Shown: piece by piece, positions 46,809 through 55,986 of the stretch
How positions within the stretch are numbered: position 1 is the first letter of the stretch
Layout of the letters: each line of letters opens with the position of its first letter
NCBI GenBank assembly: GCA_028875575.1
Contig: JAPPDF010000084.1
Location: 12,666 to 76,665, forward strand
Source of the DNA: Acidobacteriota bacterium
Lineage (GTDB): Bacteria > Acidobacteriota > Terriglobia > Versatilivoradales > Versatilivoraceae
Length of the DNA stretch: 64,000 nucleotides
Direction of reading: 5' to 3'
Program-made: the position numbers and the translations under genes
The notes under the pieces: model-generated
What the model was told of the DNA's origin: nothing
Databases searched by the model: none
The model's input: only the letters and a program-made list of their open reading frames with translations

Positions 46809-47669
46809 ATGAGCGCTACCCCTCCCCCTCGGACCGACAAGGTCACCGTACCCAACCTCCTCAATCGCAAGCACAAGGGCGGCAAGATTGTCTGTCTGAC
46901 CGCTTACGACTACCCCTTTGCCCGTATCCTGGACCAGGCGGGCATCGACCTGGTGCTGGTGGGCGATTCTCTGGCCACCACCCGCCTGGGTCACGATTCG
47001 ACCCTGCCCCTGAGGGTCAAGGATGTCCTGGCGCACCTCAAAGCCGTTCGCCGGGGGCTGCAGCGAGCCCTGCTGGTGGCCGATCTGCCCTACGGTTCCT
47101 ATCACTTGAGCAGCAAGGAAGCCCTCAAGACCGCCTTGAAGTTCGTCAAGGCGGGCGCCGAGGCCGTGAAGATCGAAGGCGGCGCCAGGCGAAGCCGCCT
47201 GGTCAGGAGGCTGGTTCGGGCTGAAATTCCCGTCATGGGACACGTGGGGCTGACCCCCCAGTCCCTGCATGTGATGGGGGGATACCGGGTGCAGGGCAAG
47301 AGCCCGGAGTCGGCGGAAGCGGTGATGGCGGATGCCCTGGCCCTGCAGGAAGCGGGCGCCTTCGCCGTGGTCCTGGAAGGCGTGCCCGAAGCGCTGGCCT
47401 TTCAGGTCACCCAGGAACTGCGAATTCCGACCATCGGTATCGGAGCCGGACCGCACTGCGACGGGCAGATCCTGGTCTGCGACGACCTCTTCGGCCTGTC
47501 TTTCTCTCGCAAGCCCAAGTTTGTCAGGCAGTATGTCGATCTCAGGGAAATCCTCTCCCAAGCCACCCGCCAATACATCAGTGACTCCCTCTCAGGGGAC
47601 TTCCCCTCCCGCAAGGAGACCTACTACCCGGCCGAGTTCCCCCGCTTGGAAGAGGCGCTGAAACGCTAG
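46809..47669 (+). CDS. panB: 3-methyl-2-oxobutanoate hydroxymethyltransferase
   Basis: LTAYDYPFARILDQAGIDLVLVGDSL...KIEGG...IGIGAG pattern of PanB. 286 aa. Confidence 0.9.
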   Translation: MSATPPPRTDKVTVPNLLNRKHKGGKIVCLTAYDYPFARILDQAGIDLVLVGDSLATTRLGHDSTLPLRVKDVLAHLKAVRRGLQRALLVADLPYGSYHLSSKEALKTALKFVKAGAEAVKIEGGARRSRLVRRLVRAEIPVMGHVGLTPQSLHVMGGYRVQGKSPESAEAVMADALALQEAGAFAVVLEGVPEALAFQVTQELRIPTIGIGAGPHCDGQILVCDDLFGLSFSRKPKFVRQYVDLREILSQATRQYISDSLSGDFPSRKETYYPAEFPRLEEALKR

Positions 47670-47758
47670 CGAGGCCGTGCCCTGGCCCGTACAAGCGGCG
47701 CCCAATCGCTCCTGCAATTTTGTCGCCTTGGCGTGACGATGTCATGGAATGAAGGCCA

Positions 47759-47965
47759 CCCGGGAGCGCGGGCGTCCCGACCGCACGATGCCCGGCAAAG
47801 CGCCGGATATCTCCCCGACGTGGATCAGCGCGGAACGGCGCCATGCCCCTCCCGCTGCATGACCGATGCGGTTCCCTCCGAAGGGGTGGCTGCCAGCGGC
47901 ATTGCGCTGAAGCTCGGCGGCGGCCAAAGGCGTAACGATGCGGGCGGGACGCCCGCGCTCCCGGG
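47759..47965. repeat. Perfect 21-bp inverted repeat flanking a ~165-bp spacer (between panB and the FGE gene)
   Basis: cccgggagcgcgggcgtcccg at 47759-47779. Its exact reverse complement cgggacgcccgcgctcccggg lies at 47945-47965. Confidence 0.7.
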
Positions 47966-48057
47966 TGGTCGCCGTCCCGGCGCACTCCGCTTCAATAGCA
48001 AGACCTTCTCACGGGCAGAGCGCTTCGTGCTAAGCTGTTCGGCTCCAGAGGCTTCCC

Positions 48058-49056
48058 ATGAAATCGCTCGCGAGCCTGACGCTATGGCATCTCTGTTCCC
48101 TGGCCGTTATGGTTCCCGCCGCTTCCGCTGAAATCCTCTACGACAAGCAGGGCATTTGGTTCCGCGGAACGGCCCACATCGTCTGCCTCAATGCCGCTAC
48201 CACCAATGCGCCAGAGGAAAATTGTCCTGCCGAGCAGTACGACGACGCCATCGACCTGATCGACCAAGCCGAAGGCCACCAGGCTCGGGGAAAGTCTGGA
48301 CCCGCTGCACCCGGAGGAGAAGGCCCCGAGCCGACCGGAATCCGGGTAGGGGAGACGGTGGTCTTCGACGGGATGGACTTTGTGGGAATTCCACCGGGAG
48401 AATTCGTGATGGGCTCCACCAGCCGCTATGCGTTCCAAGATGAGAAGCCGGTGACAAGGGTGACGATCGGCAGGGGGTTTTACCTGGGCAAGTACGAGGT
48501 GACCCAGGCCCAGTGGCGGGCGGTGATGGGGAAGAATCCTTCGGGCTTCGCCGGATGCATATACTGTCCGGTGGAGCAGGTCTCCTGGGAGGAAGTGCAG
48601 GTCTTCATCGGGAAGCTCAACGCCCGGTCGGGCGGGGGGCGCTACCGGTTGCCGACCGAGGCGGAGTGGGAGTATTCGGCCCGGGCGGGGACTACGGGTG
48701 ACACCTACGCGGGGGACATCACCCGACCGTTCGGCAGTGACCCGGTGTTGAACGGGATCGCCTGGTACGATGAGAACAGCGGCCGACGAACCCATCCCGT
48801 TGGGCGGAAGGCGCCCAACGGGTGGGGACTCCACGACATGCTGGGGAACGTGTGGGAATGGACGGGGGACTGGGCCGGGGCCTATCCGGGCGGGACAGTC
48901 ACCGACCTCGTGGCACCAGGATCAATCCCGAGTCGGGTGATTCGCGGCGGCGGCTGGAACCTCTTCGCCGGGGCCTGCCGGTCGGCGATTCGCACCGGGT
49001 TCCCGCCGGGAGACCACAACCATCTCCTGGGCTTCCGCCTGCTGAGGGAGGAGTAG
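48058..49056 (+). CDS. Formylglycine-generating enzyme (SUMF1/FGE-sulfatase domain) family protein, secreted
   Basis: Signal peptide. FGE-domain motifs (GIPPGEFVMGS, YEVTQAQW, RLPTEAEWEYSARAG, GGGW). Confidence 0.8.
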   Translation: MKSLASLTLWHLCSLAVMVPAASAEILYDKQGIWFRGTAHIVCLNAATTNAPEENCPAEQYDDAIDLIDQAEGHQARGKSGPAAPGGEGPEPTGIRVGETVVFDGMDFVGIPPGEFVMGSTSRYAFQDEKPVTRVTIGRGFYLGKYEVTQAQWRAVMGKNPSGFAGCIYCPVEQVSWEEVQVFIGKLNARSGGGRYRLPTEAEWEYSARAGTTGDTYAGDITRPFGSDPVLNGIAWYDENSGRRTHPVGRKAPNGWGLHDMLGNVWEWTGDWAGAYPGGTVTDLVAPGSIPSRVIRGGGWNLFAGACRSAIRTGFPPGDHNHLLGFRLLREE

Positions 49057-49382
49057 CCTTGGGGTCATTTACCCTTTTGCCCTTGGTGGGTCGCCCCAGG
49101 GAAAAGCTCGGACGGGACACCGCGAAGGCGGCGGCAGCAGTCATCCGTCGTGCTCCATCTCAAACAGGCCTGGGCAAGGCGGGACAGCCCTTGCCCTGAA
49201 ATCTGCCAGGAGTGCGTGTCCTCGGGCTCTCGCCGACGAGTCGAGCATGTTGCAGTAGCCACATTGGTCCCCGAAGGCGTCCAGCAGAGCCCGGTGCCCC
49301 CGGCATCGATGCCCGCCGAATCGGATAGTGATACCATGCTCTTTCATGCCGGGATGGACCCGGCGGGAAATGCGGGTGGAGC

Positions 49383-50228
49383 ATGGACGTGGTTCGATCG
49401 CTGGAGGCCTTCAGGGACCTCCGCCGGAGCTGGCCCGATCAAGGCCCGGAGGTCTGCCTGGTGCCCACCATGGGAGCCCTTCACGCCGGCCACCTCAGCC
49501 TGATTGAAGCGGCCGGTAAACGATCCGACCGGGTGGTGGTGTCCATCTTCGTCAACCCCACCCAGTTTGCGCCGGGAGAAGACTTCGAGCGTTATCCGCG
49601 GCCCCTCGACCGCGACTTGAAGGAGTTGGAGCGCCTGGGCGTGGGGACCGTCCTGGTTCCCGAGGCCTGCGAGATGTATCCGGCAGGCCACCGAACCCGG
49701 GTCCTGGTTGAGGGACTGGGCCGGAAGCTGTGCGGCGCCAGCCGTCCCACCCACTTCCAGGGGGTGGCCACGGTGGTGCTCAAGCTCTTCCACCGGGTGC
49801 GCCCGCAGGCCGCCTTCTTCGGACAAAAGGATGCCCAGCAGTCCATCCTGATTCGACGAATGGTCCGAGACCTGGATCTGGACGTCGAGGTGGTGGTTTG
49901 TCCGACGGTCCGGGAAAAAGACGGGCTGGCTGTCAGTTCCCGCAATCGGTATCTGAGTCCTGAAGAGAGAAAGGCCGCTCCGGTTCTGTTCCGGTCCCTG
50001 GAATGGGCCAGGCAGGAGGTGGCCCGGGGAGAGCGCCGGGCGCCGGTCCTGCTTGCCGGCGTTCATGGTCGCCTGGCTGCCGAGGCTGGGGTCCGGGTCG
50101 ACTATGCCGCCCTGGTGGACCCGGTCGACCTGGAGACGGTGGATCGGCTCGAAGGGAAATCGTTGCTGGCCCTGGCCGCCTTCGTCGGGACCACCCGCCT
50201 GATCGACAACACTTGGCTCACCTCCTGA
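49383..50228 (+). CDS. panC: Pantoate--beta-alanine ligase
   Basis: VPTMGALHAGHLSLI HIGH-type motif. FGQKDAQQ. 281 aa. Confidence 0.9.
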   Translation: MDVVRSLEAFRDLRRSWPDQGPEVCLVPTMGALHAGHLSLIEAAGKRSDRVVVSIFVNPTQFAPGEDFERYPRPLDRDLKELERLGVGTVLVPEACEMYPAGHRTRVLVEGLGRKLCGASRPTHFQGVATVVLKLFHRVRPQAAFFGQKDAQQSILIRRMVRDLDLDVEVVVCPTVREKDGLAVSSRNRYLSPEERKAAPVLFRSLEWARQEVARGERRAPVLLAGVHGRLAAEAGVRVDYAALVDPVDLETVDRLEGKSLLALAAFVGTTRLIDNTWLTS

Positions 50229-50258
50229 GCCGCGGGCTTCGGCTCTGTTGGCGCCGCT

Positions 50259-51452
50259 TCAGGAGATTCCTCTCAGCCGGCCGTAGTTCCGGCCGTAAGT
50301 GACCTTTCCCAGGATTGCCGCATGGCGGGCGCCGGTAGCCGAGGGAACGTTTCCGGCAGCCAGCTCCAGGGTCTCATTGGCCAGGACCGCGAATCCGATG
50401 GCCTCCTTGGCGTCGGCGGGAATCCCCAGGGAGTCGGTGGGCGCCACCTTCAGCTTGGGCAGGAGCTCTTGCAGGCGCTGCATCAGGTAAGCGTTATAAA
50501 CGCCTCCGCCGGAAACCAGCACGCGGTCCCAGTGGTGGGCAGGGTCGATGTGGTTCAGCACGGCGTCGCTGACGGTGCGGGCCGTCAATTCGGCCGCCGT
50601 GCAGACCAGGTCCGGGGGGCCGGACGCCTCCCTCGCCGCCAGCAGCCGTTCCACAAAGGCCCCGCCGAACTGCTCCCGCCCCGCCGACTTGGGCGGCCTG
50701 CGGCGGAAGTAGGGATCGGCCAGCAGTGAGTCCAGCAGGGCCGGGATGGGCTTTCCCGACAGGGCCAGGCGCCCCCCGGCATCGAACCTTGGCGAATCCG
50801 CCTCCAGGCGCCGGACCAGAGCGTCGATCACCATGTTGCCGGGTCCGCTGTCGAAGGCCCGGATCTGGTCGATGCCGCATGCCGGGGGCAGCAGAGTGAG
50901 GTTGGCGATTCCGCCCAGGTTCAGCAGCACCCGTCCTCTTTGGAGATCCCGGAACAGCAGAAAATCCACCAGCGGAATAAGGGGGGCCCCGGTCCCTCCG
51001 GCCGCCATGTCGGCGGGACGAAAGTCCGAAACGGTGGTCACGCCCGTCTCCTCCACCAGCACGGCGGCCTCTCCGATCTGCAGGGTGGAGGCCACTGGCC
51101 GGCCGCAGAAGTCGCCGGGGTCGGATTGGTGGAATACCGTCTGGCCGTGGGACCCGATCAGATCCAGCCGGTCGAGGGGGGCCCCGGCGGCCTGGCAGAC
51201 GTCCTTGACTGCTTCCGAGTAGAGACGTCCCAACAGGATTCCCAGGTGGCTGATGAAGCCGGCCGCAACAAGCTGGCCGGAAGCGACCCTCAAAAGCGAC
51301 TGTCGGACCTCTTCCGGATAGGGATTGGTAATGAAATGCTTGAGTTGAACCGAGCAGTCCTGCTCCGACCGGACAATTCGCACCAGGGCGGCATCCACTC
51401 CGTCCAGCGAGGTTCCCGACATGAGACCGACCACCAGCCTGGAGATTTTCAT
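50259..51452 (-). CDS. anmK: Anhydro-N-acetylmuramic acid kinase
   Basis: MKISRLVVGLMSGTSLDGVDAALV N-terminus is diagnostic of AnmK. 397 aa. Confidence 0.85.
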   Translation of the reverse strand: MKISRLVVGLMSGTSLDGVDAALVRIVRSEQDCSVQLKHFITNPYPEEVRQSLLRVASGQLVAAGFISHLGILLGRLYSEAVKDVCQAAGAPLDRLDLIGSHGQTVFHQSDPGDFCGRPVASTLQIGEAAVLVEETGVTTVSDFRPADMAAGGTGAPLIPLVDFLLFRDLQRGRVLLNLGGIANLTLLPPACGIDQIRAFDSGPGNMVIDALVRRLEADSPRFDAGGRLALSGKPIPALLDSLLADPYFRRRPPKSAGREQFGGAFVERLLAAREASGPPDLVCTAAELTARTVSDAVLNHIDPAHHWDRVLVSGGGVYNAYLMQRLQELLPKLKVAPTDSLGIPADAKEAIGFAVLANETLELAAGNVPSATGARHAAILGKVTYGRNYGRLRGIS

Positions 51453-51682
51453 GGAGTTGCCGCTTGGTTGAGTGGCCAGTGATTAGTGGTCAGTGGTTAG
51501 TGGCTAGCCGAGTCCCCAACGTGCCAGGCGGATCATAAGCTGTGACACAGGAGTGGCTCAGACAAGGCTTTACGTGTCAATCAAATCACTGACCACTATC
51601 CACTGATCCCTTACCTGAAACAAACGCTGGCGCCTAGTGGCTGGAAACCGGTTCAAAGTCGAGCATGGGCAAATTTTTTATT

Positions 51683-51836
51683 CACATCGATGCACAGGAT
51701 ATACAGGATTTTTTTCAGGAAACGGCTAGCTCTTCATGCCGGGAATCCGCAAAACCGCACCGGATCATCGCCTGAGCTGGCCTCTCGTGCTGGAAGCTCT
51801 TGTCCCGTTAATCCTGTGCATCCTGTGCATCGATGT
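51683..51836. repeat. ~26-nt inverted repeat with 100-nt spacer in unusually AT-rich intergenic DNA
   Basis: cacatcgatgcacaggatatacaggat at 51683-51709 against atcctgtgcatcctgtgcatcgatgt at 51811-51836 (2 mismatches). A T-run follows the first arm. Confidence 0.6.
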
Positions 51837-52009
51837 TCAATTAGGTGGAAAACCGTGCTAACGGAACAGGACCCTTTTCCCCGACAGGCTATGAAGATTC
51901 GTTGTTTCACCCTCCAATGATCCGCACGGCAGGGCGGAGGCGTCACTTGTCTGGAACGCCCCTGTTTCGCTCTGTATGATCCGTCCCGTCGTCGGGGAAG
52001 GGGGGCCGG

Positions 52010-54628
52010 CTAATCACTGGACACGCTTTCCTTGAGTCGGTGGATGGCCTGGAGCGCCTGCAAGGGAGTCATCCGGTCGGGGTCCATCCGTCGCAGCTGC
52101 TCCAGCGCCTCGTGTTCGGTGACCACGAACAGGTTGAGCTGCTTTCCGGAGTTGTTCTTTCTGCGCTGGTAGTTCCGGGTCAGATGGTCGCTGATCTGGT
52201 GCTCTCCCTGTTCATGCCCTCGCAGGATCTCCCGGGCCCTCAGGATCACCGGGCGTGGCAGGCCAGCCAGCCGGGCTACCTCGATGCCGTAGCTCTTGTC
52301 GGCGCTTCCCGGCTCGACCCGCCTCAGGAATACGATTTCGTTGCCCGATTCCTTGACCGTCACCTGGTAGTTCTTCACTCCGGGCAGCAACTGGGCCAGT
52401 TCAGTCAGCTCGTGGTAGTGGGTGGCGAAGAGGGTCTTGGCCTGGTTGCGGGAGTGGAGGTGCTCGACCACCGACCAGGCGATCGAGAGTCCGTCGAAGG
52501 TGGCGGTGCCTCGGCCGACCTCATCCAGAATGACCAGGCTCCTGGGCGTGGCCGAGTTCAGGATGACAGCCGTTTCGGTCATCTCCACCATGAAGGTGGA
52601 TCTGCCGCGCGCCAGGTTGTCGGAGGCCCCGATGCGGGTGAAGATCCGGTCCACGACGGGTAGCTTTGCCTCCTGGGCCGGAACGAAGGAGCCCATCTGG
52701 GCCATGACCGAGAAGAGCGCCGCCTGGCGGAGATAGGTGGACTTGCCCCCCATGTTGGGCCCGGTGATAATGAGGATCTGATCGGTGCCCTGATTCAGAT
52801 AGAGGTCGTTGGGAATGAACCGGCCGGTGGGCAGTTGCTCGGCCAGGCGTTCGATGACCGGGTGCCGTCCCCCTTTGACCGCCAGCTCCTCGCCGGTGTG
52901 GAGGCTGGGTCTTACGTAGCCGAACTGATGGGCGGCGCCGGCCAGGGTCACCAGGCAATCCAGTTGAGCCAGGGCGCGGGCCGTGTTGCGGATGCGCCGG
53001 CACTCCCGGCCCACGGCGGCCCGGAGTTGGCAGAAGAGCTCATACTCCAGCTCCACCAGGCGCTCCTCAGCCCCCAGCACCCGGCGTTCGTACTCCTTCA
53101 GTTGAGGGATGGTGAAGCGCTCCGCTCCCACCAGGGTCTGCTTGCGCTCATAGTCGGGAGGCACCAGTCCAAGATTGGACTTGGAGACCTCCAGGTAGTA
53201 GCCGAAAACCTGGTTGAACTTGACCTTGAGGTTGGGGATGCCGGTGCGGGCGCGCTCTCCGGCTTCCAGCTCGGCAATGGTCTGCTTCCCGGAGGAGCTG
53301 TCCTTGCGCAAGCTGTCCAGTTCCGGGTTGAACCCCGGCCGAATCAGCCGGCCCTCGGTCAGCACCACCGGAGGATCGTCGTTGAGGGCTTCTCCAATCT
53401 TTGCCGCCACGTCGGCCAGGGGATCGCTGGCCTGCTCCAGGCTCCGGAGCCGGACCGCGGCAAGCGGCTGCAGCCGCTGCTTGATTTCCGGGATCTGCTC
53501 CAGCGACTGCCGGAGCGCGATCAGGTCCCTGGCATTGGCGCTGGAGAGGGCAACCTTGGAGGCCAGGCGTTCCAGGTCATAGACCTGCTTGAGCTGCTCC
53601 CTGAGCTCTTCCCTCAAAACCAGGTTTTCGGTGAGCGCGGCCACCGCCTCCTGCCGGCTCTCGATCTCTTTCAGGTCGATTTCCGGCCGCATCATCCAGG
53701 TCTTGAGGAGCCTTCCCCCCATTCCGGTGCAGGTCTCGTCCAGGCACTGGAGCAGCGTGCCGTTGCGGGACCCGTCGTAGAGAGACTCCAGCAGCTCCAG
53801 GTTCTTTACCGTGGACTGGTCCAGCAGCATCGACTGGTCCAGCTCATAGTAGTGCAGGCTGTCCAGGTGCAGCAGCTCGCCCCGCTGGGTTTCCCGCAGG
53901 TAGTGCAGGGCCCCGCCGGCAGCGGCCACGGCCAGGTCCCGGCCCTCACAGCCGAATCCGTCCAGGCTGCCGACCTTGAAATGATCGACGAGCAGGCGCT
54001 GGGCAAAGTCGGGGGCAAAGATCCACTCCTCCACCACCGTCTTCAAAGCCGGCAGGTTGCGAGCCCAGGCGGGATTTCCATCGCTGAGCCGGGAGCACCA
54101 GATCAGTTCCTTGGGCCCCAGCCGTTCCAGTTCCGTTTGCAGCATCGATTCCCGGGCGCCGTCCCGAAACTCGGTAATTCGAAAATCTCCGGTGGAAACG
54201 TCCACCGAAGCCAGGCCCAGTCCGGAGCCGTCCGAGAAAACGGCGCTCAGGAAGTTGTTCTCCCGAGGCTCCAGCAGATTGCCGTCGCTCAGAGTGCCGG
54301 GGGTTACCACCCGGGTCACCTCCCGCTTGACCAGCTTCCTGGCGGTCTTGGGGTTTTCGACCTGGTCGCAGACGGCCACGCGGTAGCCTTTGCGGATCAG
54401 CTTGGAGACGTAGGCGTCGGCACTGTGGTAGGGAATCCCGCACATGGGGATCGGGGTCCCTTTTTCCTTGTTGCGCGAGGTCAGGGTGATCTCCAGCTCG
54501 CGGGCGGCCACCACGGCATCGTCGAAGAACATCTCGTAGAAGTCGCCCAGCCGGAAGAATAGAATGGCGCCGGGAACCGACTTCTTGATCTGATGGTACT
54601 GGGCCATCATGGGGGTGGAGGGTTGCAT
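52010..54628 (-). CDS. mutS: DNA mismatch repair protein MutS
   Basis: 872 aa. MQPSTPMMAQYHQIK N-terminus. Walker A GPNMGGKSTY. MutS domains I-V pattern. Confidence 0.95.
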   Translation of the reverse strand: MQPSTPMMAQYHQIKKSVPGAILFFRLGDFYEMFFDDAVVAARELEITLTSRNKEKGTPIPMCGIPYHSADAYVSKLIRKGYRVAVCDQVENPKTARKLVKREVTRVVTPGTLSDGNLLEPRENNFLSAVFSDGSGLGLASVDVSTGDFRITEFRDGARESMLQTELERLGPKELIWCSRLSDGNPAWARNLPALKTVVEEWIFAPDFAQRLLVDHFKVGSLDGFGCEGRDLAVAAAGGALHYLRETQRGELLHLDSLHYYELDQSMLLDQSTVKNLELLESLYDGSRNGTLLQCLDETCTGMGGRLLKTWMMRPEIDLKEIESRQEAVAALTENLVLREELREQLKQVYDLERLASKVALSSANARDLIALRQSLEQIPEIKQRLQPLAAVRLRSLEQASDPLADVAAKIGEALNDDPPVVLTEGRLIRPGFNPELDSLRKDSSSGKQTIAELEAGERARTGIPNLKVKFNQVFGYYLEVSKSNLGLVPPDYERKQTLVGAERFTIPQLKEYERRVLGAEERLVELEYELFCQLRAAVGRECRRIRNTARALAQLDCLVTLAGAAHQFGYVRPSLHTGEELAVKGGRHPVIERLAEQLPTGRFIPNDLYLNQGTDQILIITGPNMGGKSTYLRQAALFSVMAQMGSFVPAQEAKLPVVDRIFTRIGASDNLARGRSTFMVEMTETAVILNSATPRSLVILDEVGRGTATFDGLSIAWSVVEHLHSRNQAKTLFATHYHELTELAQLLPGVKNYQVTVKESGNEIVFLRRVEPGSADKSYGIEVARLAGLPRPVILRAREILRGHEQGEHQISDHLTRNYQRRKNNSGKQLNLFVVTEHEALEQLRRMDPDRMTPLQALQAIHRLKESVSSD

Positions 54629-54730
54629 GCCGAAGTCCGCTGAGACGGGTCGGGAAGAGCGACCCCGAGAGGCGCTGGAGGCGTGCCGGGTGTGGATCTC
54701 CCGGGCAGGAGCGGCACGCGCTGGACATTA

Positions 54731-54973
54731 GCCCGCATTTCTCACCAGGCCGCTGGAGGCAGGACAAAAGCAGTTTATCTTCAGGTCCTTGTTTGGCTCC
54801 GTGTCAAGGGGTTGCGGATTACAGACGCACTGGGCATGCCCTGGCTTGTCCTTTTCCCTTCAGCGCGCACATGCTCCCTCGACCGTAGTGACCGCTACGC
54901 TCTTCGGTCGCGAGCACGCGCTGAAGGGAAAATTCCTGCGCCATGATCATGCCCCCTGGTGAGAAATGCGGGC
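54731..54973 (-). mobile_element. MITE copy 4 (243 bp) in the divergent mutS / tsaB intergenic region
   Basis: Same TIRs. TA flanks within the palindromic TTAA. Closest to copy 3 in sequence. Confidence 0.85.
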
Positions 54974-55098
54974 TAAGCGATTGGCGATTGTTCCGTCAAA
55001 ATCCCGGAGTATATAATCTGCCCCGGGGGGTGTCAACGAACCCCGATCCCCATTGAAGTCGGGCTCGCGGCGCGCAGGTCCGCGGGGAGATCCCCACC

Positions 55099-55782
55099 GT
55101 GAAACTCCTTTGCCTGGACACCTCCGGCAGCGCCGGAAGCATCGTGTTGTCGGACGATGACACCATCCTGGGCGAGATCAACCTGGATTCCGCCTGCACC
55201 CACACGGCTCGACTGCTGTCCGGCATCCAGTACCTCCTCGGCCACTCGGAACTGACTCTCAACGACATTCAGGCCTTCGGGGTCATCTGTGGCCCCGGTT
55301 CCTTCACCGGCGTCCGGATCGGATTGACGACGGTCAAGGGTCTGGCGGAAACGCAGGAGAGGCCCACCGTTTCCGTTACCGCCTTCGAGGCCTGGGTGGA
55401 GAGGTTCCCGGAGTGGCAGGGGGTGATCGTCCCCATGATCGACGCCCGCCGGGGCGAGGTGTACGGCGCCATCTTCGAGCGCAACCGGAGTGGCCTGGTT
55501 CAACGGGACGCCGGCTTCGTGGGCGCCCCGGGGCAACTGCTGGATGGCCTGGGCGAAGAGACCGTGCTCTTCCTGGGCGGCGGGGCCCAGAAATATCGGG
55601 ATCTCATCCGCTCCCGAGGTCGGCCCCGGTGGCGGGTGGCCCAGACCGACCCCTTCCTGGGCCGCGCCCTGGCCGCCCTGGCCTCCTCCAAGGCGGACCG
55701 CGGGGAATGGACCGCGCCGGCGGACCTGCGTGCCTTCTACCTGCGCCGGCCCGATGCAGAGGTCAATTGGAAAGGACCCTGA
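55099..55782 (+). CDS. tsaB: tRNA threonylcarbamoyladenosine biosynthesis protein TsaB
   Basis: MKLLCLDTSGSAGSIVL...GPGSFTGVRIGL pattern of YeaZ/TsaB. Confidence 0.85.
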   Translation: MKLLCLDTSGSAGSIVLSDDDTILGEINLDSACTHTARLLSGIQYLLGHSELTLNDIQAFGVICGPGSFTGVRIGLTTVKGLAETQERPTVSVTAFEAWVERFPEWQGVIVPMIDARRGEVYGAIFERNRSGLVQRDAGFVGAPGQLLDGLGEETVLFLGGGAQKYRDLIRSRGRPRWRVAQTDPFLGRALAALASSKADRGEWTAPADLRAFYLRRPDAEVNWKGP

Positions 55783-55986
55783 GACGGCGCCATCCGCGTG
55801 CTGCGCACCGGCTTTTCGTCCTGTTCATAAGGCCCCGGGGGTCCCTTGTTTCACTCCTGTATGATCCGCCTGGTCGTGGGGGGCGGCGGCGCGACTTGTC
55901 TGCACGGATAGTGTCTGAATCTTCTTGCCGGTCCTCGGAGGGTGACGTCAGACGGAGCCCGAGAGTTGTCCGCCTCGGGGACAGGA

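Noticed and set aside
47578-48131. Overlapping ORFs on both strands upstream of the FGE gene (47578-47985 minus, 47733-48131 plus)
   Set aside because: Both encode the same GHPGARASRP peptide because they read through opposite arms of the 21-bp inverted repeat. This is a nucleic-acid feature, not a protein.
52835-54562. 575-aa plus-strand ORF inside mutS
   Set aside because: Antisense to mutS. No domains.
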